From the NCBI RefSeq assembly GCF_000143415.4, contig NW_003314366.1:1-64000 (forward strand): 64,000 nucleotides of DNA. Reading direction: 5' to 3'. Both the position numbers and the translations under genes were made by a program. The first letter of the stretch is position 1; each line of letters starts with the position of its first letter. Source of the DNA: Selaginella moellendorffii (taxonomy: Eukaryota > Plantae > Lycopodiophyta). Positions 10,654-24,870 of this stretch are shown here, piece by piece. The notes below the pieces were generated by a model. The model saw only the letters and a list, made by a program, of their open reading frames with translations. It ran no database searches and had not been told where the DNA came from.

Positions 10654-13250
10654 TGTGAGACACAAATCGCTAAGCCCCAAAGTGGAGCCAAAAGGGTGCC
10701 ATGTGGTAGTGGCTGAAGCGAGAGTCAAACAAATGTAACACATTTGGACTAAGAGCTCCAACTTAAAAGGTCGAGAGTAGGAATGGAACTCCCAACGAAG
10801 TGCTCAAGGAACAAGTATGAAGCGAGCAATAAGTGAGTCTTTAGAAAAGGGACACAAGAGGACCAACACATGGCACGTGGAAGTGTCCGAGAAAGTCCGA
10901 GATGGACNNNNNNNNNNNNNNNNNNNNNNNNNNNNNNNNNNNNNNNNNNNNNNNNNNNNNNNNNNNNNNNNNNNNNNNNNNNNNNNNNNNNNNNNNNNNN
11001 NNNNNNNNNNNNNNNNNNNNNNNNNNNNNNNNNNNNNNNNNNNNNNNNNNNNCTTGAAGGGGGGGGGGGGTTCCAAAGTATTGTAGGAAGAGTGTGGGGG
11101 TTGGACCCCAGTGGAGCCAGTTTTGGCCAGGAAAGGCCAATTTAGTCTAGGAAGGCCATACTAGCTATTGGGTAATGAGATAACTATTGGGAAGTCCAAG
11201 GCTAGAGTGAATACGGATTGACAAGTGAAATAGCTTGGTGAAGTGTTNNNNNNNNNNNNNNNNNNNNNNNNNNNNNNNNNNNNNNNNNNNNNNNNNNNNN
11301 NNNNNNNNNNNNNNNNNNNNNNNNNNNNNNNNNNNNNNNNNNNNNNNCATGGCTAGAGCACCCAAAGGCAGAAGGTGGGGAGAGTACCCATGAGGCTCGT
11401 AGTTGAGTGGCATAGATGCCATTCTCGGGGCTAGCAAGTCCCAAGTCCTGAATTTGACTTATAAAGGTTGTGAATGAGACTCCTCCAAATGGTCAGAGGT
11501 GTGGTTAAGTGACTAAAGTAGGGTTAGAACTAAACCCTAAACCTAAATGGAAAAATTAGTCACTTACAACTTGGTATCGGAGCTGTTTCTTAGTCCCACT
11601 TTTATTGGTGCTCAAGTATATCACCACTTGTGTTGACATCGGAAGGTCCTAAGAGTGGGCCTATCCTTGAGGAGTAGCAGGTCGGGAGAACATGGCTCTC
11701 CATTATAGTTCATATGTGTACTTCTATGTAAGATGGTGGATAGAAAAAGGCCAATAAGGGAACGACTTTGGGATCTTGGGAACAATATAAGGTTTTTTTC
11801 AAAAAGGAGTTGAGGATGTGATCCAGATGAGTGTTTGATTTAACAAATTGGCTAATGTAGTTGTGGTAAACCACTATGGTTAGGATCATGGGGAAGATAG
11901 AGACTCTAAAACAATAAAAGAGTCATGAGATTACCCTCATGTAGTTGAAGCTAGTGCTCATGAATTTGAAACCAAAATTAATGACCATGGGAAGTCAAAT
12001 ACAGATGAGGACATAAGTCCTTGAAACGGTAGCCAAGGCCTTCAATAAATGCTGGAACAACCCAAGGAGTTGAGGGTGTACTTAGAGGATGAGTCGCTGT
12101 TCTCATCATATGGATGGATAGTCCTAAGGGGCGAAAGTAGCCCACAAAGATCGAAAAATAATCAAGTGTCAGAATAACACTTATAATGGTGGTCCTGATG
12201 AGTAGAACATGAATACAAGAAGATGTATTCCAAAGAGCTGGCACCTCAAAAGTAGAACCTTATGGGTCGTGGGATTAGCAAAGTGCAAAGAGCTGGATGA
12301 CTCAAAAGGAGTCAAGGAATGGTCTTAGAGGACTAGTGGAAGGACTTAGACTGAGGTGTGTTGTACCTCACAAAAGATGGGGAGGATCATAAGATCTAAG
12401 CATGAAAATAGTGGGTATCTCATTGGTGGCAGAATGTGCCATACTAAGTAGTGGAAAAGAGGTTCCCAGGAGGAAACAACTTTGATATGAAATTCTGTGT
12501 AAACTTTATGGTGTAGTGCTAATGGATGGTTGGCATGAGAAACAACTATGTTGATCTTAGCAAAAACCTTTACACAAGTAAGAAGTGTTATAAAGGGAGC
12601 TGATGGTGTGGAGACACCAAATGTGCCAAGGCATAATGCTTTGAGGTCAAGTTGGCGGGTTCATGAGAACCCCTTGTCAAAGGAATCCTAATAGAAATGG
12701 GAATGGCATAGCCTAAGATGGAAGGCATGTGGTTAAAGTGTGGTGACCCAAAATAATGATGGAGGTGTGGAAGCACTAGCAATGAGTTGTAGGACTTGAC
12801 AACTATGAGGCAACTAAGCAAAAAAGTGCAAAATAATTGATTAAACTGGTAGAAGGTAACTACTTAAGACATTTTATTAGGATAAAGAAGTTATACATAC
12901 TCCTATAGGGGATGAATTGCTCATGTTGCGATATAGTTCTCAACCTTGGACGTTTGAATAGCACTTCCTATCCATCATTCGCTAGGGACTTAGTCCCTTG
13001 GGCCTTATCTAATGCCCTCACGACACCAAACACCACTTCCTGGTGTTTTAGAGTGTTTGAGTGTCCTAATGATGGCCTTCTTTTGGCAATGAGCATTAGA
13101 CAGGAGAAGTCCGTCTACCCAAATTGGACAAAGCCAAAAAGGGATTTTGGCAAGACTAGTCATAGACATATAAAGGCCCATAAGTAGCAATGTTAATCCT
13201 GATGTGTAGGATTACAAGGTGAGCATACCTAGATTGAGGAACCACTCCCT
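10654..13250 (+). mobile_element. Older diverged copy of LTR family B (LTR, PBS, degenerate internal region)
   Basis: TGTGAGACACAAAT start at 10654; TTACA-ACT-TGGTATCGGAGC (Met-i PBS) near 11570; internal region homologous to 17010-18720. Confidence 0.75.
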
Positions 13251-13399
13251 AAGTTATCGGGTAGGTTTTGTAAGCCACAAACTTTTCCTAAACCGGTTCC
13301 CCTTTCGCAGATTATCGTTGAAATGCACCTTGATGGCCGCATCCAACGCTTCCTTGTAGTTGGTCGGGTTCCAGCGCATCACTTCACCGCGAGCCCAGG

Positions 13400-14546
13400 T
13401 GTAGCGCACGTGGTTTTTACCCTTTATCCTATGGTGATTTACCATAGGATAACACCACGAAGCGGAACCTAAACCCTCTTTGTGCCACGTGACAGATGCC
13501 ACGTGTCACATGCCACGTGTCCATGCCACGTGTCCATAGGAACCCGAGGTTCAAGGCCTTGGGCCATTGAACGAAGGAACGGTTCCAAACTCCCAAGCAT
13601 GGAGCCAAGGAGTGATGGAACCGAACCACGGAGCAACTCCCGAGCATAAAGCCCAAGGAGCGAAGGGACAGGGGCCCGGAGCGACTTGGAACAGTCCTAG
13701 AGTAACCAGCATCCCAATGCCAGGACCAGCACGCAAAACGGAGCCAAACAGAGTCTGGCGCTATTTCGGCATACCGGTGGCCTAATGCGAGGACATGGGT
13801 ACTCCACCAACTAGCATGGAATGGAACTTGGGCTTAGACCCAAGCCGGACGCAGAACAAGGACAGGCACGCAAGCGGGAGCTAGACTATGCCTCAGGTTG
13901 GTCAGCCATGCCCGACCTACCCACTATCTCTACTATACATTTGGAACCCCCCATAGCCCCCCCCCCTTGAGGAACACACGCTTTGGGCTTTCACCCCAAG
14001 CCTACCCTTAGTACCAGGAGTTAGTCTCTGGGACAAGCGCGAAACTTACTAAATATGGAATGGCGCTAGATTGCGAATTTGGACATGGGACAAACACCAT
14101 TGTGTTCAGGCCGATCTCTACATTCCGTAGATATGCCAAATGAGCGAATCTAGACACCTTCTATAAATAGTATTTGGGACCGAAATGAGACTAACACAAA
14201 GGGCATGATAGCGAGGGTGTTTGGCAGACACGGTAAGCTATCATCTAGCGATATTGAGGGACCAATCTCAATACGCGAGGGTTCTTGTCACTAGCAAGTG
14301 CAAGACAAAACGAGACGGGAACTCCTTACCGGGCTAAGTATGCTTAGCTAATAACACGTAGGAATTCCGTCCTTATGCTCGTCCGGTCTAAGTACACTCG
14401 AAATGCCCAGTTAACTCCACTAGCACAAGAGGGGCTAATAAAGGGTCCAGCAATACCGACCTCCTGCCATCGTGGCAGTAAGGTAAGAGTGTCCGTAAGG
14501 ACTGGTCGACAGGTAACTTTCGATACCCGAAGTCACATGCGCGACA
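13400..14546. mobile_element. Solo LTR inserted in a Gypsy gag remnant
   Basis: Ends TGTAGCGCA...TGCGCGACA (8/9 inverted match); 5-bp TSD CCAGG/TCAGG; both flanks match gag at about 25790-25953. Confidence 0.75.
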
Positions 14547-14613
14547 TCAGGTTTGCAAACCTGATATAAAGGCATGGAACGCATCCATATCCCCCATGTC
14601 CGTGACAAGTATC

Positions 14614-15893
14614 TGTGAGACACAAAATCCCTAGGCCCCAAAGTGGAGCCGGAAGGGCGCCACGTGGTAGTGGCCGAAGCGAGAGCCAAACGAGCGTAAC
14701 ACGTTTGGACCAAAAGCTCCGACTTGAAAAGTCAAGAGCGGGAGTGGAACTCCCAACGAAGTGCTTGAGGAACGAGCACGAAGTGAGCAAAAAGCGAGGC
14801 TCCAAAAAGGGACCCAAAAGAACCAACACATGACACGTGGAAGTGTCCGAGATGGACCCGAAATGGAGTCCGAGATGGAGTCCGAGATGGACCCGAGATG
14901 GAGTCCGAGATGGACCCGAGATGGAGTCCGAGATGGACCCAAGATGGAGTCCGAGATGGACCCGAGATGGAGTCCGAGATGGACCCGAGATGGAGTCCGA
15001 GATGTAGTCCGAGATGGAGTCCGAGGTGGACCCGAGATGGACCCGAAATGGAGTCCGAGATGGAGTCCGAGATGGACCCGAGATGGAGTCCGAGATGGAC
15101 CCGAGATGGAGTCCGAAGTCGAGACCGAGACCGGGACCAAGACCGAGACCGAGACCGAGACCGAGATCGGGACCGAGACTGAGACCGAGTCCGAGTCCGA
15201 GTCCGAGTCCGAGTCCGAGTCCGAGTCCGAGTCCGAGTTCGAGTCTGAGAGGGTGAAAGCCCAAAGCGTTCGTCTCCCAGACCCTGGGGGGTTTGGTGAG
15301 TGTAAGCGACTAAATTTTCCATTCTACTTTAGTCACTTAACCACACCTCTGACCACTTGGAGGAGTCTCATTCGCAACCTCGCTAAGTCCAATCCAGGAC
15401 TTGGGACTTGCTAGCCCCGAGAATGGCATCCATGCCACTCAACATTTGCACTTGGTCCAAGTGCTCCACGTGTCCGATCCCATGACCGACACTCAAAGGT
15501 ACCACCGACATAGCAGCCCGTTACGCTAAGGCCATGCCCAATCACCTTTGCCACACTGGTAGTCCAATACCACTTGCATCACCGTCTTGGCTCTCCAAGA
15601 CTAAGCAAACATCCGTGAGTGGTCATCTCAGATCCACTCCTTAGCATCCTTAGAATGCCCACCGACAAGGGGAATAGCCTTCCCCAATATCCCTCTGTCA
15701 GTCCCCACTAAGTCCCTTTCTGCCCCTGGCCCAAAATGGAGTCTGAGATGGAGTCCGAGATGGACCCGAGATGGAGTCCGAGATGGAGTCCGAGATGGAC
15801 CCGAGATGGAGTCCGAGATGGAGTCCAAGATGGAGTCCGAGATGGAGTCCGAGATGGACCCGAGATGGAGTCCGAAGTCGAGACCGAGACCGG

Positions 15894-15931
<38 letters not shown>

Positions 15932-17009
15932 TCGGGACCGAGACCGAGACCGAGGCCGAGGCCGAGTCCGAGTCCGAGTCCGAGTCCGAGTCCGAGTCCG
16001 AGTTGAGCTCTGAGAGGGTGAAAGCCCAAAGCGTTCGTCTCCCAGACCCTGGGGGGTTTGGTGAGCTCCAAAAGTATAGTAGGGGGAGGACTGCAGTGGA
16101 GCCAGTTTGGCCAGGAAAGGCCAGTTTGGCCCAGGAAGGCCGGACCCAGTGTTGGGTGATGAGCTGCCCACTGGGAAGTCCAAGACTAGAGTGAACACAG
16201 ACCGACAAGCGGGGTAGCTTGGTGAAGTGTTCAAGAGCCGGCTCTAGTTCCCTCGGGAGATCGACTGGCCGATGCTCCCAGTCCAAGTGTGGGTGGCACT
16301 ACCTACTTGGATACCTGGTGTGGCTCAACGGAACCCGCTCTAAGCCTATGGCTAGAGCACCCAAGGGCAGAAGGCGAGGAGAGTACCCAGGTGGCTCGCG
16401 TAAGGCCACGGTGTTCCGAAATGTTGTCCCAAAGGCCCAGACTGTGGAAAGGAAGAGGAGCAGTCCTCTGGGGTAGTGACCAAGGACACAGTCGTGTGGT
16501 GAGGAAGTCCCAGAGGACCGTGGGACTTAGTGGTCGGGCTTGTGGGTCTCGATCCAGTGGTAGTGTTGGCAAACACGGCCAGGGGCAGAAAGGGACTTAG
16601 TGGGGACTGACAGAGGGATATTGGGGAAGGTTATTCCCCTTGTCGGTGGGCATCCTAAGGATGCTAAGGAGTGGATCTGAGATGACCACTCACGGATGGT
16701 TTGCCTAGTCTTGGAGAGCCAAGACGGTGATGCAAGTGGTATTGGACTACTAGTGTGGCAAAGGTGATTGGGCATGGCCTTAGCGTAACGGGCTGCTATG
16801 TCGGTGGTACCTTTGAGTGTCGGTCATGGGATCGGACACGTGGAGCACTTGGACCAAGTGCAAATGTTGAGTGGCATGGATGCCATTCTCGGGGCTAGCA
16901 AGTCCCAAGTCCTGGATTGGACTTATGGAGGTTGTGAATGAGACTCCTCCAAGTGGTCAGAGGTGTGGTTAAGTGACTAAAGTAGAATGGAAAAATTTAG
17001 TCGCTTACA
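14614..17009 (+). mobile_element. Rearranged 5' LTR region of family B (LTR start, inverted LTR 3' part at 15301-15730, LTR remainder)
   Basis: TGTGAGACAC at 14614; 15301-15730 is the reverse complement of the LTR end; ends TTACA at 17009, then PBS TGGTATCGGAGC (17013-17024). Confidence 0.8.
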
Positions 17010-20000
17010 ACTTGGTATCGGAGCTGTTCCTTAGTCCGACTTTTATTGGTGCTCAAGTATATCACCACTGGTGTTGGCAACGGAAGGTCCGAGAAGTGGG
17101 CCTATCCTTGAGGAGTAGCAGGTCGGGAAGACATGGCTCTCCATTACAGTTCATGTGTGAACTTGTAGACAAGGTGGTGGATAGAAAAGGGGCCAATAAT
17201 GGAACGACTTTGGGATCTTGGGAACAGTGCAAGGTTTTCCTCATTGAGTTGAGGAGGTGATCCAAATGAGCGTTTGACTCAGCAAACGGGCCAATTTAGT
17301 TGTGGTAAACAACTAAAGTTGGGATCACAGAAAAGATAAAGACTCCAAAGCAATAAGGGAGTCACAAGATTATCCTCATATAGTTGAGGTTGGTGCTCAT
17401 GAATATGAGACCAGAAGTAATGACCGTGGGAGGTCAAATACGGAAGAGGACTCAAGTCCTTGAAATGGTAGCCGGGGCTACCTGTAATAAATGCTGGAAC
17501 AACCCAAGGAGTTGGGGGGTGTACTTAGAGATGAGTTGGTATTCTCATCACATGGACAAGTAGTCCTAAGGGGCAGAGGTTGCCCCAGAGAACAAAAACA
17601 AGTGTCAGAGTAACACTTGTGAAAATAGTCCTTCTGAGTAGGATAGGAATGCAGGAAGTGTATTCCAGTGAGCTAGTGCCTCACAAGTGGGACCTTACGG
17701 GTCTGTGGATGAACCAAGTCCAAAACTGCTGGATGACTCAAGTAGAGTCAAGGAAAGGTCCTAAAAGGACTGATTGGAGCATTTGGACTGAGGTGTGTTG
17801 TACCCCATGAAGGATGGGGGGGGGGGGATCATAGGATCCAAGGATGAGAACAGAGGGTATCTCATCGATGGCAAAATGTGCCATGCTAAAGTTATGGGAA
17901 AGGTGTTCCCAGAAGAAAACAACTTTGACACAAAGTTGTGTGTGACCTCTATGGTGCAGTGCTAACGGATGGTTGGCCTGAGAAAGAGCGGTGTTGGTCT
18001 TGGCAAAGACTTAAACACGAAGGGGAAGTGTCATAGAGGTAAGCTCGTGGAGCCGATGGTGTGGAGACACCAAATGTGCCAAGGTGTGGTACCTTGAGGC
18101 TATGTTGGTGGGTTCATGAGAACCCCTTGCCAAAGGAATCCCAATGGAAATGGGAATGGCATAGCCTAAGCTGCAGAGCATACAGTTGGAGTGTGGTGAC
18201 CCAGATAATGATGGAGGTGTGAAAGCACCAAACAATGAGTTGTAGGACTTGACAACTATGAGGCAACTAAGCAAAAGGTGCAAAATAACTAGTTAAACGG
18301 GTAGAAGGTAGCTACCTAAGACTTCTAGCATAGGGAAGTCGGATATACCTTTACGGGGGATAAGTTGCTTATGTTGCGATATAGTAAGTCAATGTCATAA
18401 AAGGAAATACTCATTGTCAAGAAAGCCATCATTGGGACACCCGAACGCTCTAGAACACCAGAAGGTGGTGTTTGATGTCGCAAGGGCAATGGATAAAGCC
18501 CAAGGGACTAAGTCCCTAACGAATGATGGATAGAAGGTGCTATCCAAATGTCCAAGGTTGCGGAGACAGGAGAGGACTGTCTACCCGAGTTGGACAAAGC
18601 CAAAAATGGAATTTTGGCAAGGCTAGTGATGGGCATGTAAAGGCCCATAAGCAACAATGTAATCCCAGTGTGTGGGATTATAAGGTGAGCATACCCGGAT
18701 TGAGGAACCACTCCCTGGGCTATTGGGTAGGTTCATCCCTAAGAATACTTGCTAAGGCATGATAGAAAGTGCAAAGCTATCCTCCTGGTCTGGAGGAGAA
18801 TAACCAAAGAAAACATATGGGGCCAAAAGGCAAGTAGTATTGGGATGGAACTGAACCATAGAAATCGAAGGGCATAACCAAGGTTGGTTATGCCAGCTGG
18901 GAGTGGAGAATCAAGTGGGGGCTCGAGGGTGTTGCCGCTAGCAACCGTGATGCCATGGAGAGTCTAAGTTATGGAATTGTCCATGTTAGACTATGTGGCA
19001 TTTGGAAGGCTTGCAAAAAGGGAGGCCTTAGCAAGCTGAGGGACAGAGTTCCTTCAAGGTTCCCAAAGACGATTCTAGGTAGCTTAGTACCTAGAAAGGC
19101 CAAGTGTAAATGGTTCATGGAACGCGCGAAATCAGAGTGGCGCAGCAGAAGCGTGGTCTTGAAGCTTGCCATGAGGCAAGGCTATCAAGGTTAGGGAAGT
19201 AGTTCCTGAGTGTTCAAAGAGAGGGCTTTGAACGAAAGTCGATGGTCAAGGACTTTCACGCTTATGCAGGAACCATGCTACAGTGGTCGGAGGACTTGCC
19301 AAGCGAGATTGGCAAGTCAGGGGAACAAATACCCTAATTGAAGGTGATAACTTCAAAAAGGGTGGGCCATGGGGCCAAGCATGGAGGAGTCCATGCATGA
19401 TCACAGGCTTGCCAAGTGAGAGGACTTGGCAGTGCGGGGGAACTAGGTTCCTAAGTTGTGATTTGTAGCGCGCTTTAAATAAAAGTTGGTGCACCGGCGT
19501 GGGGAGTCACGCCAGGCATCTTGTGTGATGCCGTCCGTAGATGCATATACAGAGGTTGGGTTCGAGTCCCGACCCTCTAGTGCTTGGGTTCGAGTCCCAA
19601 ATCACTAGGGCGTGGTGATGGTTTGGAATATGAGGACACTCATATTTCGGTGGTCATGGACTCTCAGTGGGGAGACTGGTTTGGGCACACCGCCAAGCGA
19701 GGGATGCCTCGGAGTCGTGATGCACGGTTAGATTGCTTAGTGTGAAAGCTCGGCATATCTAACTTGAACGCTTTGGTGCAAGTGGCACCAAGGACGTGGT
19801 GAGTGAGATGGGGACACCTAATCTCAGTTGCTATAGACCCTTGGCCGAAAGGGCTGGCTTGGGCGCACCGCCAAGTGTGGGGGATGCCCCCGGGGTTATA
19901 GTTAACCAATTAAAGGTCTGGAAGACCTAGTACCTATTGGCAAACCTGTTAAGGTGCCGAGGTGAGATCACTAGGTGATCTTGTGGCTAAATAAGGACAA

Positions 20001-21163
20001 GGTCCTTGTTTGGGTTAAGGAATAAGGTTCCTAGTTCAAAGTGTTGATTTGAACTATTAATGATGGTGTGGCTTGGTCAAGGTGACCAAGTGGGAAAAGC
20101 ACCCTAGGGAAATGAGCTATGTCATTGCGATGGCATAGTGTGTCCAAGGAAAGTAGTCTTTAAAGAGACCCATGGGAGGGTCACAAAGTTGGGCCGTGGA
20201 TAGAGCCCACAACAGAAGATGCTAAAGAGACTTACTAGGGGCGAACACCCTAGTCTTGGCAAAGCAGAGCCTTTGCTATGGAATCAAAAGAATACCTCAA
20301 GGAGGGAGGTAGAGATTCGATGTTGCTTGGTGCAACAATCAACGGATAGGAGCAAAAGATGGGTGGCCAAGATAGGGCCGTGGAATCCCTTGGAAGGAAT
20401 CCAAGTGACAAAGTTAGGCGAGGAACACTAATGTGTTGGACGCTAACAAATTCCGGAAAAGGAAGTGTGTTTCCAAGGATGAATTCCGAATTGCTCTGAT
20501 TTGGCGAAAGTGGAAGCTCCATGGGAGGGAGCGGTAAGGTAGCCAAATGATAGGGCGATGGACAGCCCTAGCACAAAGTATGATAAATGGAACTTAGTGC
20601 CCAAGGTGGCACGAAATAGAAGAGAGGATGATGGTGCCCTCAAGTAATGAGCTTCCTAGGATGGGGAAGTGGAGTTGCACAATTTGTGCAATGCAAGGTG
20701 TTGGAGACACCTAGGAAATTGACTTCCAAAAGTCAAAAGAGTAAAAGTTCCAAGGTGCAAATGTTCAATGGATGGAAATTGAGACTACTCGAGAAGGAGT
20801 AGTGGGATTGACTTAAAAAAGGATCTCTAAGAGGTTTAGCGAGAACTAAACCAATAAAAGGAAAAAACCACTACATGTGGTCCAATCAGTCTCTAAGTTG
20901 GAGAGACTACCCTCCTTAGAGGATAGGCAAGGCATGGTGAGCCTTTGGTGTCAAACCATTGAGGCATATGCAAAAGGCATGGTGAGCCTTCAATGTCACA
21001 CCATTGACGAATATGGAGAAGGCATGGTGAGCCTTCAATGTCAAACCATTGACAAATATTGGCTAGGTGCCAAGGATGGAAATGGCAACACATGCGAGTG
21101 TTACTTTACAAAACGGTTTACCGTTCGATGAGGACATCGAACTTCGTCTATGGGTGGTGGAGT
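17010..21163 (+). mobile_element. Non-coding internal region of non-autonomous LTR family B (LARD-like)
   Basis: Lies between the PBS (17013) and PPT ATGGGTGGTGGAGT (ending 21163); no ORF over about 100 aa. Confidence 0.75.
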
Positions 21164-21697
21164 TGTGAGACACAAAATCCCTAGGCCCCAAAGTGGAGCC
21201 GGAAGGGCGCCACATGGTAGTGGCCGAAGCGAGAGCCAAACGAGCGTAACACGTTTGGACCAAAAGCTCCGACTTGAAAAGTCAAGAGCGGGAGTGGAAC
21301 TCCCAACGAAGTGCTCGAGGAACGAGCACGAAGTGAGCAAAAAGCGAGGCTCCAAAAAGGGACCCAAAAGGACCAACACATGACACATGGAAGTGTCCGA
21401 GATGGACCCGAAATGGAGTCCGAGATGGAGTCCGAGATGGACCCGAGATGGAGTCCGAGATGGACCTGAGATGGAGTCCGAGATGGAGTCCGAGATGGAG
21501 TCCGAGGTGGACCCGAGATGGACCCGAAATGGAGTCCGAGATGGACTCGAGATGGAGTCCGAGATGGACCCGAGATGGAGTCCGAGATGGAGTCCGAGAT
21601 GGACCCGAGATGGAGTCCGAGATGGAGTCCAAGATGGAGTCCGAGATGGAGTCCGAGATGGACCCGAGATGGAGTCCGAAGTCGAGACCGAGACCGG

Positions 21698-21735
<38 letters not shown>

Positions 21736-22813
21736 TCGGGACCGAGACCGAGACCGAGGCCGAGGCCGAGTCCGAGTCCGAGTCCGAGTCCGAGTCCGAG
21801 TCCGAGTTCGAGTCTGAGAGGGTGAAAGCCCAAAGCGTTCGTCTCCCAGACCCTGGGGGGTTTGGTGAGCTCCAAAAGTATAGTAGGGGGAGGACTGCAG
21901 TGGAGCCAGTTTGGCCAGGAAAGGCCAGTTTGGCCCAGGAAGGCCGGACCCAGTGTTGGGTGATGAGCTGCCCACTGGGAAGTCCAAGACTAGAGTGAAC
22001 ACAGACCGACAAGCGGGGTAGCTTGGTGAAGTGTTCAAGAGCCGGCTCTAGTTCCCTCGGGAGATCGACTGGCCGATGCTCCCAGTCCAAGTGTGGGTGG
22101 CACTACCTACTTGGATACCTGGTGTGGCTCAATGGAACCCGCTCTAAGCCCATGGCTAGAGCACCCAAGGGCAGAAGGCGAGGAGAGTACCCAGGTGGCT
22201 CGCGTAAGGCCACGGTGTTCCGAAATGTTGTCCCAAAGGCCCAGACTGTGGAAAGGAAGAGGAGCAGTCCTCTGGGGTAGTGACCAAGGACACAGTCGTG
22301 TGGTGAGGAAGTCCCAGAGGACCGTGGGACTTAGTGGTCGGGCCTGTGGGTCTCGATCCAGTGGCAGTGTTGGCAAACACGGCCAGGGGCAGAAAGGGAC
22401 TTAGTGGGGACTGACAGAGGGATATTGGGGAAGGCTATTCCCCTTGTCGGTGGGCATCCTAAGGATGCTAAGGAGTGGATCTGAGATGACCACTCACGGA
22501 TGGTTTGCCTAGTCTTGGAGAGCCAAGACGGTGATGCAAGTGGTATTGGACTACCAGTGTGGCAAAGGTGATTGGGCATGGCCTTAGCGTAACGGGCTGC
22601 TATGTCGGTGGTACCTTCGAGTGTCGGTCATGGGATCGGACACGTGGAGCACTTGGACCAAGTGCAAATGTTGAGTGGCATAGATGCCATTCTCGGGGCT
22701 AGCAAGTCCCAAGTCCTGGATTGGACTTATGGAGGTTGTGAATGAGACTCCTCCAAGTGGTCAGAGGTGTGGTTAAGTGACTAAAGTAGAATGGAAAAAT
22801 TTAGTCGCTTACA
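21164..22813 (+). mobile_element. Complete 1.65-kb LTR of family B, followed by a second PBS (tandem unit, truncated near 23097)
   Basis: TG...CA termini; contains GAGATGGAGTCC/GAGACC/GAGTCC minisatellites; PBS at 22817-22828. Confidence 0.88.
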
Positions 22814-24870
22814 ACTTGGTATCGGAGCTGTTCCTTAGTCCGACTTTTATTGGTGCTCAAGTATATCACCACTGGTGTTGGCAACGGAAGGTCCGAGAAG
22901 TGGGCCTATCCTTGAGGAGTAGCAGGTCGGGAAGACATGGCTCTCCATTACAGTTCATGTGTGAACTTGTAGACAAGGTGGTGGATAGAAAAGGGGCCAA
23001 TAATGGAACGACTTTGGGATCTTGGGAACAGTGCAAGGTTTTCCTCATTGAGTTGAGGAGGTGATCCAAATGAGCGTTTGACTCAGCAAACGGGCCAGTC
23101 CCGGGTTAGACTGGACTAAGGTTCGGCTACACTCCCCGCAAGCACAAGCAGCCAAGCACACCAAGCTTCCAAGTTCCTAACATCCCTTGGTACCACAAGA
23201 CTTGATCATGGGACCCTCTAAATCCCAAGTCTTGAGTGCAACACTTGCTTCGGGACGTCGGGGCGAAACACCGTGGCCTAGCGGCCCGGTATGGGTACCT
23301 CTCGCCCCCCACTTCCATCCCGAAGGAAGGCCCAAGCCCCTAGGAAGGGCGAGGACCAATGAGCCGCATGGTACTCAAGTGGGGCACCACTCCACATGAG
23401 CCGGGAGCACCGCAATCGGTTTCCCTTACGGGAGTGGGAGCTGCTCTTGAGCACTTCCTTGGATGGCCCCTCCGGCACCAGCCAAGTCCATGCTCACTCC
23501 CACCCAAGGCCCCTTGGTCCCAGTCTCAACCTCAAGTCGGTTTGGGAGCTCCACTGGAGAGTCCCTTCAAAACTGGTTCCTGGACCTCACTATCCCTACT
23601 ATACTTTTNNNNNNNNNNNNNNNNNNNNNNNNNNNNNNNNNNNNNNNNNNNNNNNNNNNNNNNNNNNNNNNNNNNNNNNNNNNNNNNNNNNNNNNNNNNN
23701 NNNNNNNNCCCCCCCCCCCCCCCCTGGGAGACACACGCTTTGGGCTTTCACCCCTTGACCCGTATTAGTACTGGGACTTAGTCTCTGGCTCGATCTCGGA
23801 TCCGATGTCGGATCCGACTTCGGATTCGGTCTCGGACTCGATCGCGGACTCGATCTCGGACCCGATCTCGGACCCGACCTCGGACTTGACCTCGGACTCG
23901 GTCTCGGACCCGATTTCGGATCTCGGACTCCGTCTCAAACTCGGTCTCGAACTCGGACTCGAACTCGGTCCCCGAGTCGGTCTCGGACTCGATTTCGGAC
24001 TCTATCTCGAACTCGGTCCTAGAGTCGGTCTTGGACTCGATCTTTGACTTGGTCCCATCCGATGAACTCTTTGTCATTTTGGTCATGTTTTCGGGGTTCC
24101 TTTAGCCTACGACACCTCGGCGAGTTGGTTCCTTACAACTCCACCACCCATAGAAGAAGTTTGATGCCCACATCGAACGTCTCTTTTTTATCCTACGACT
24201 TGTTGACCATGTCTCCGGGGGCATCCCCCCACTTAGCGATGTGCCTAAGTTAGCCTCCCCGGCCAAGAGCTCATGACAACGGAATATAGGTGTCCCTATA
24301 CTCCTCACCTCACCACGCCCTAGAATGGGGTCGGGACTTGAACCCAGCCTTGCTTTACTAGGGGGTTGGGACTTGAACCCAACCTCCGTAGAATACGTCT
24401 ACGGATTCGACATCCCGCAGGGAGTCGGGCGTAGCTCCCTATGCCTGGTCGACCCAGCTAACCCATGCTAATTAGCTTACCTTCGGCGCGCCTTCGGGTC
24501 CCAACATATGCCATTGCTCAACTTCTCAAATTGATATATTTTTAATTGAACTTTGCATAAGTACATAGAGTTCTGCCATGCAGAAATTCCTCCACAAGAT
24601 CTCGCGCGTTCGCTAGGTTCTCCTCCGGTTCCCATGTTGCTTCGCAGTGTGGAAATCTTTTCCACTTCACATGGAACTCTCTCACCTCGCGTCCTTGTCG
24701 CTTGCTCTTGCGCGCATTGAGGATGGCCTCGACTTTGTATTCCTCCTCCCCTTGGATAACCTCAGGTAAAGGTCTTACTTGCCAAGATTCTTATGTTCTA
24801 TCGGTCGTGTGGGGGGCAACCCTGCCGGTAGCTCCTCCGGCATGGTATCCTGGAATTGGTCCAACACCCG

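Noticed and set aside
14533-16286. Long RS/LG/SD-rich ORFs (also at 21101-22090 and 60334-61370)
   Set aside because: Artefacts of stop-free GAGTCC/GAGACC/GAGATG minisatellites in LTRs, open in most frames
17300-19500. Possible antisense DIRS-like RH/recombinase relic in the family B internal region
   Set aside because: Only vague motif resemblance in broken frames; cannot be supported without a profile search
19555-19600. tRNA genes
   Set aside because: Only T-arm-like hairpins; no full cloverleaf
20930-21055. Three ~45-bp spaced repeats resembling a CRISPR array
   Set aside because: Plain tandem duplication in an LTR element UTR; no unique spacers, no cas genes, eukaryotic DNA
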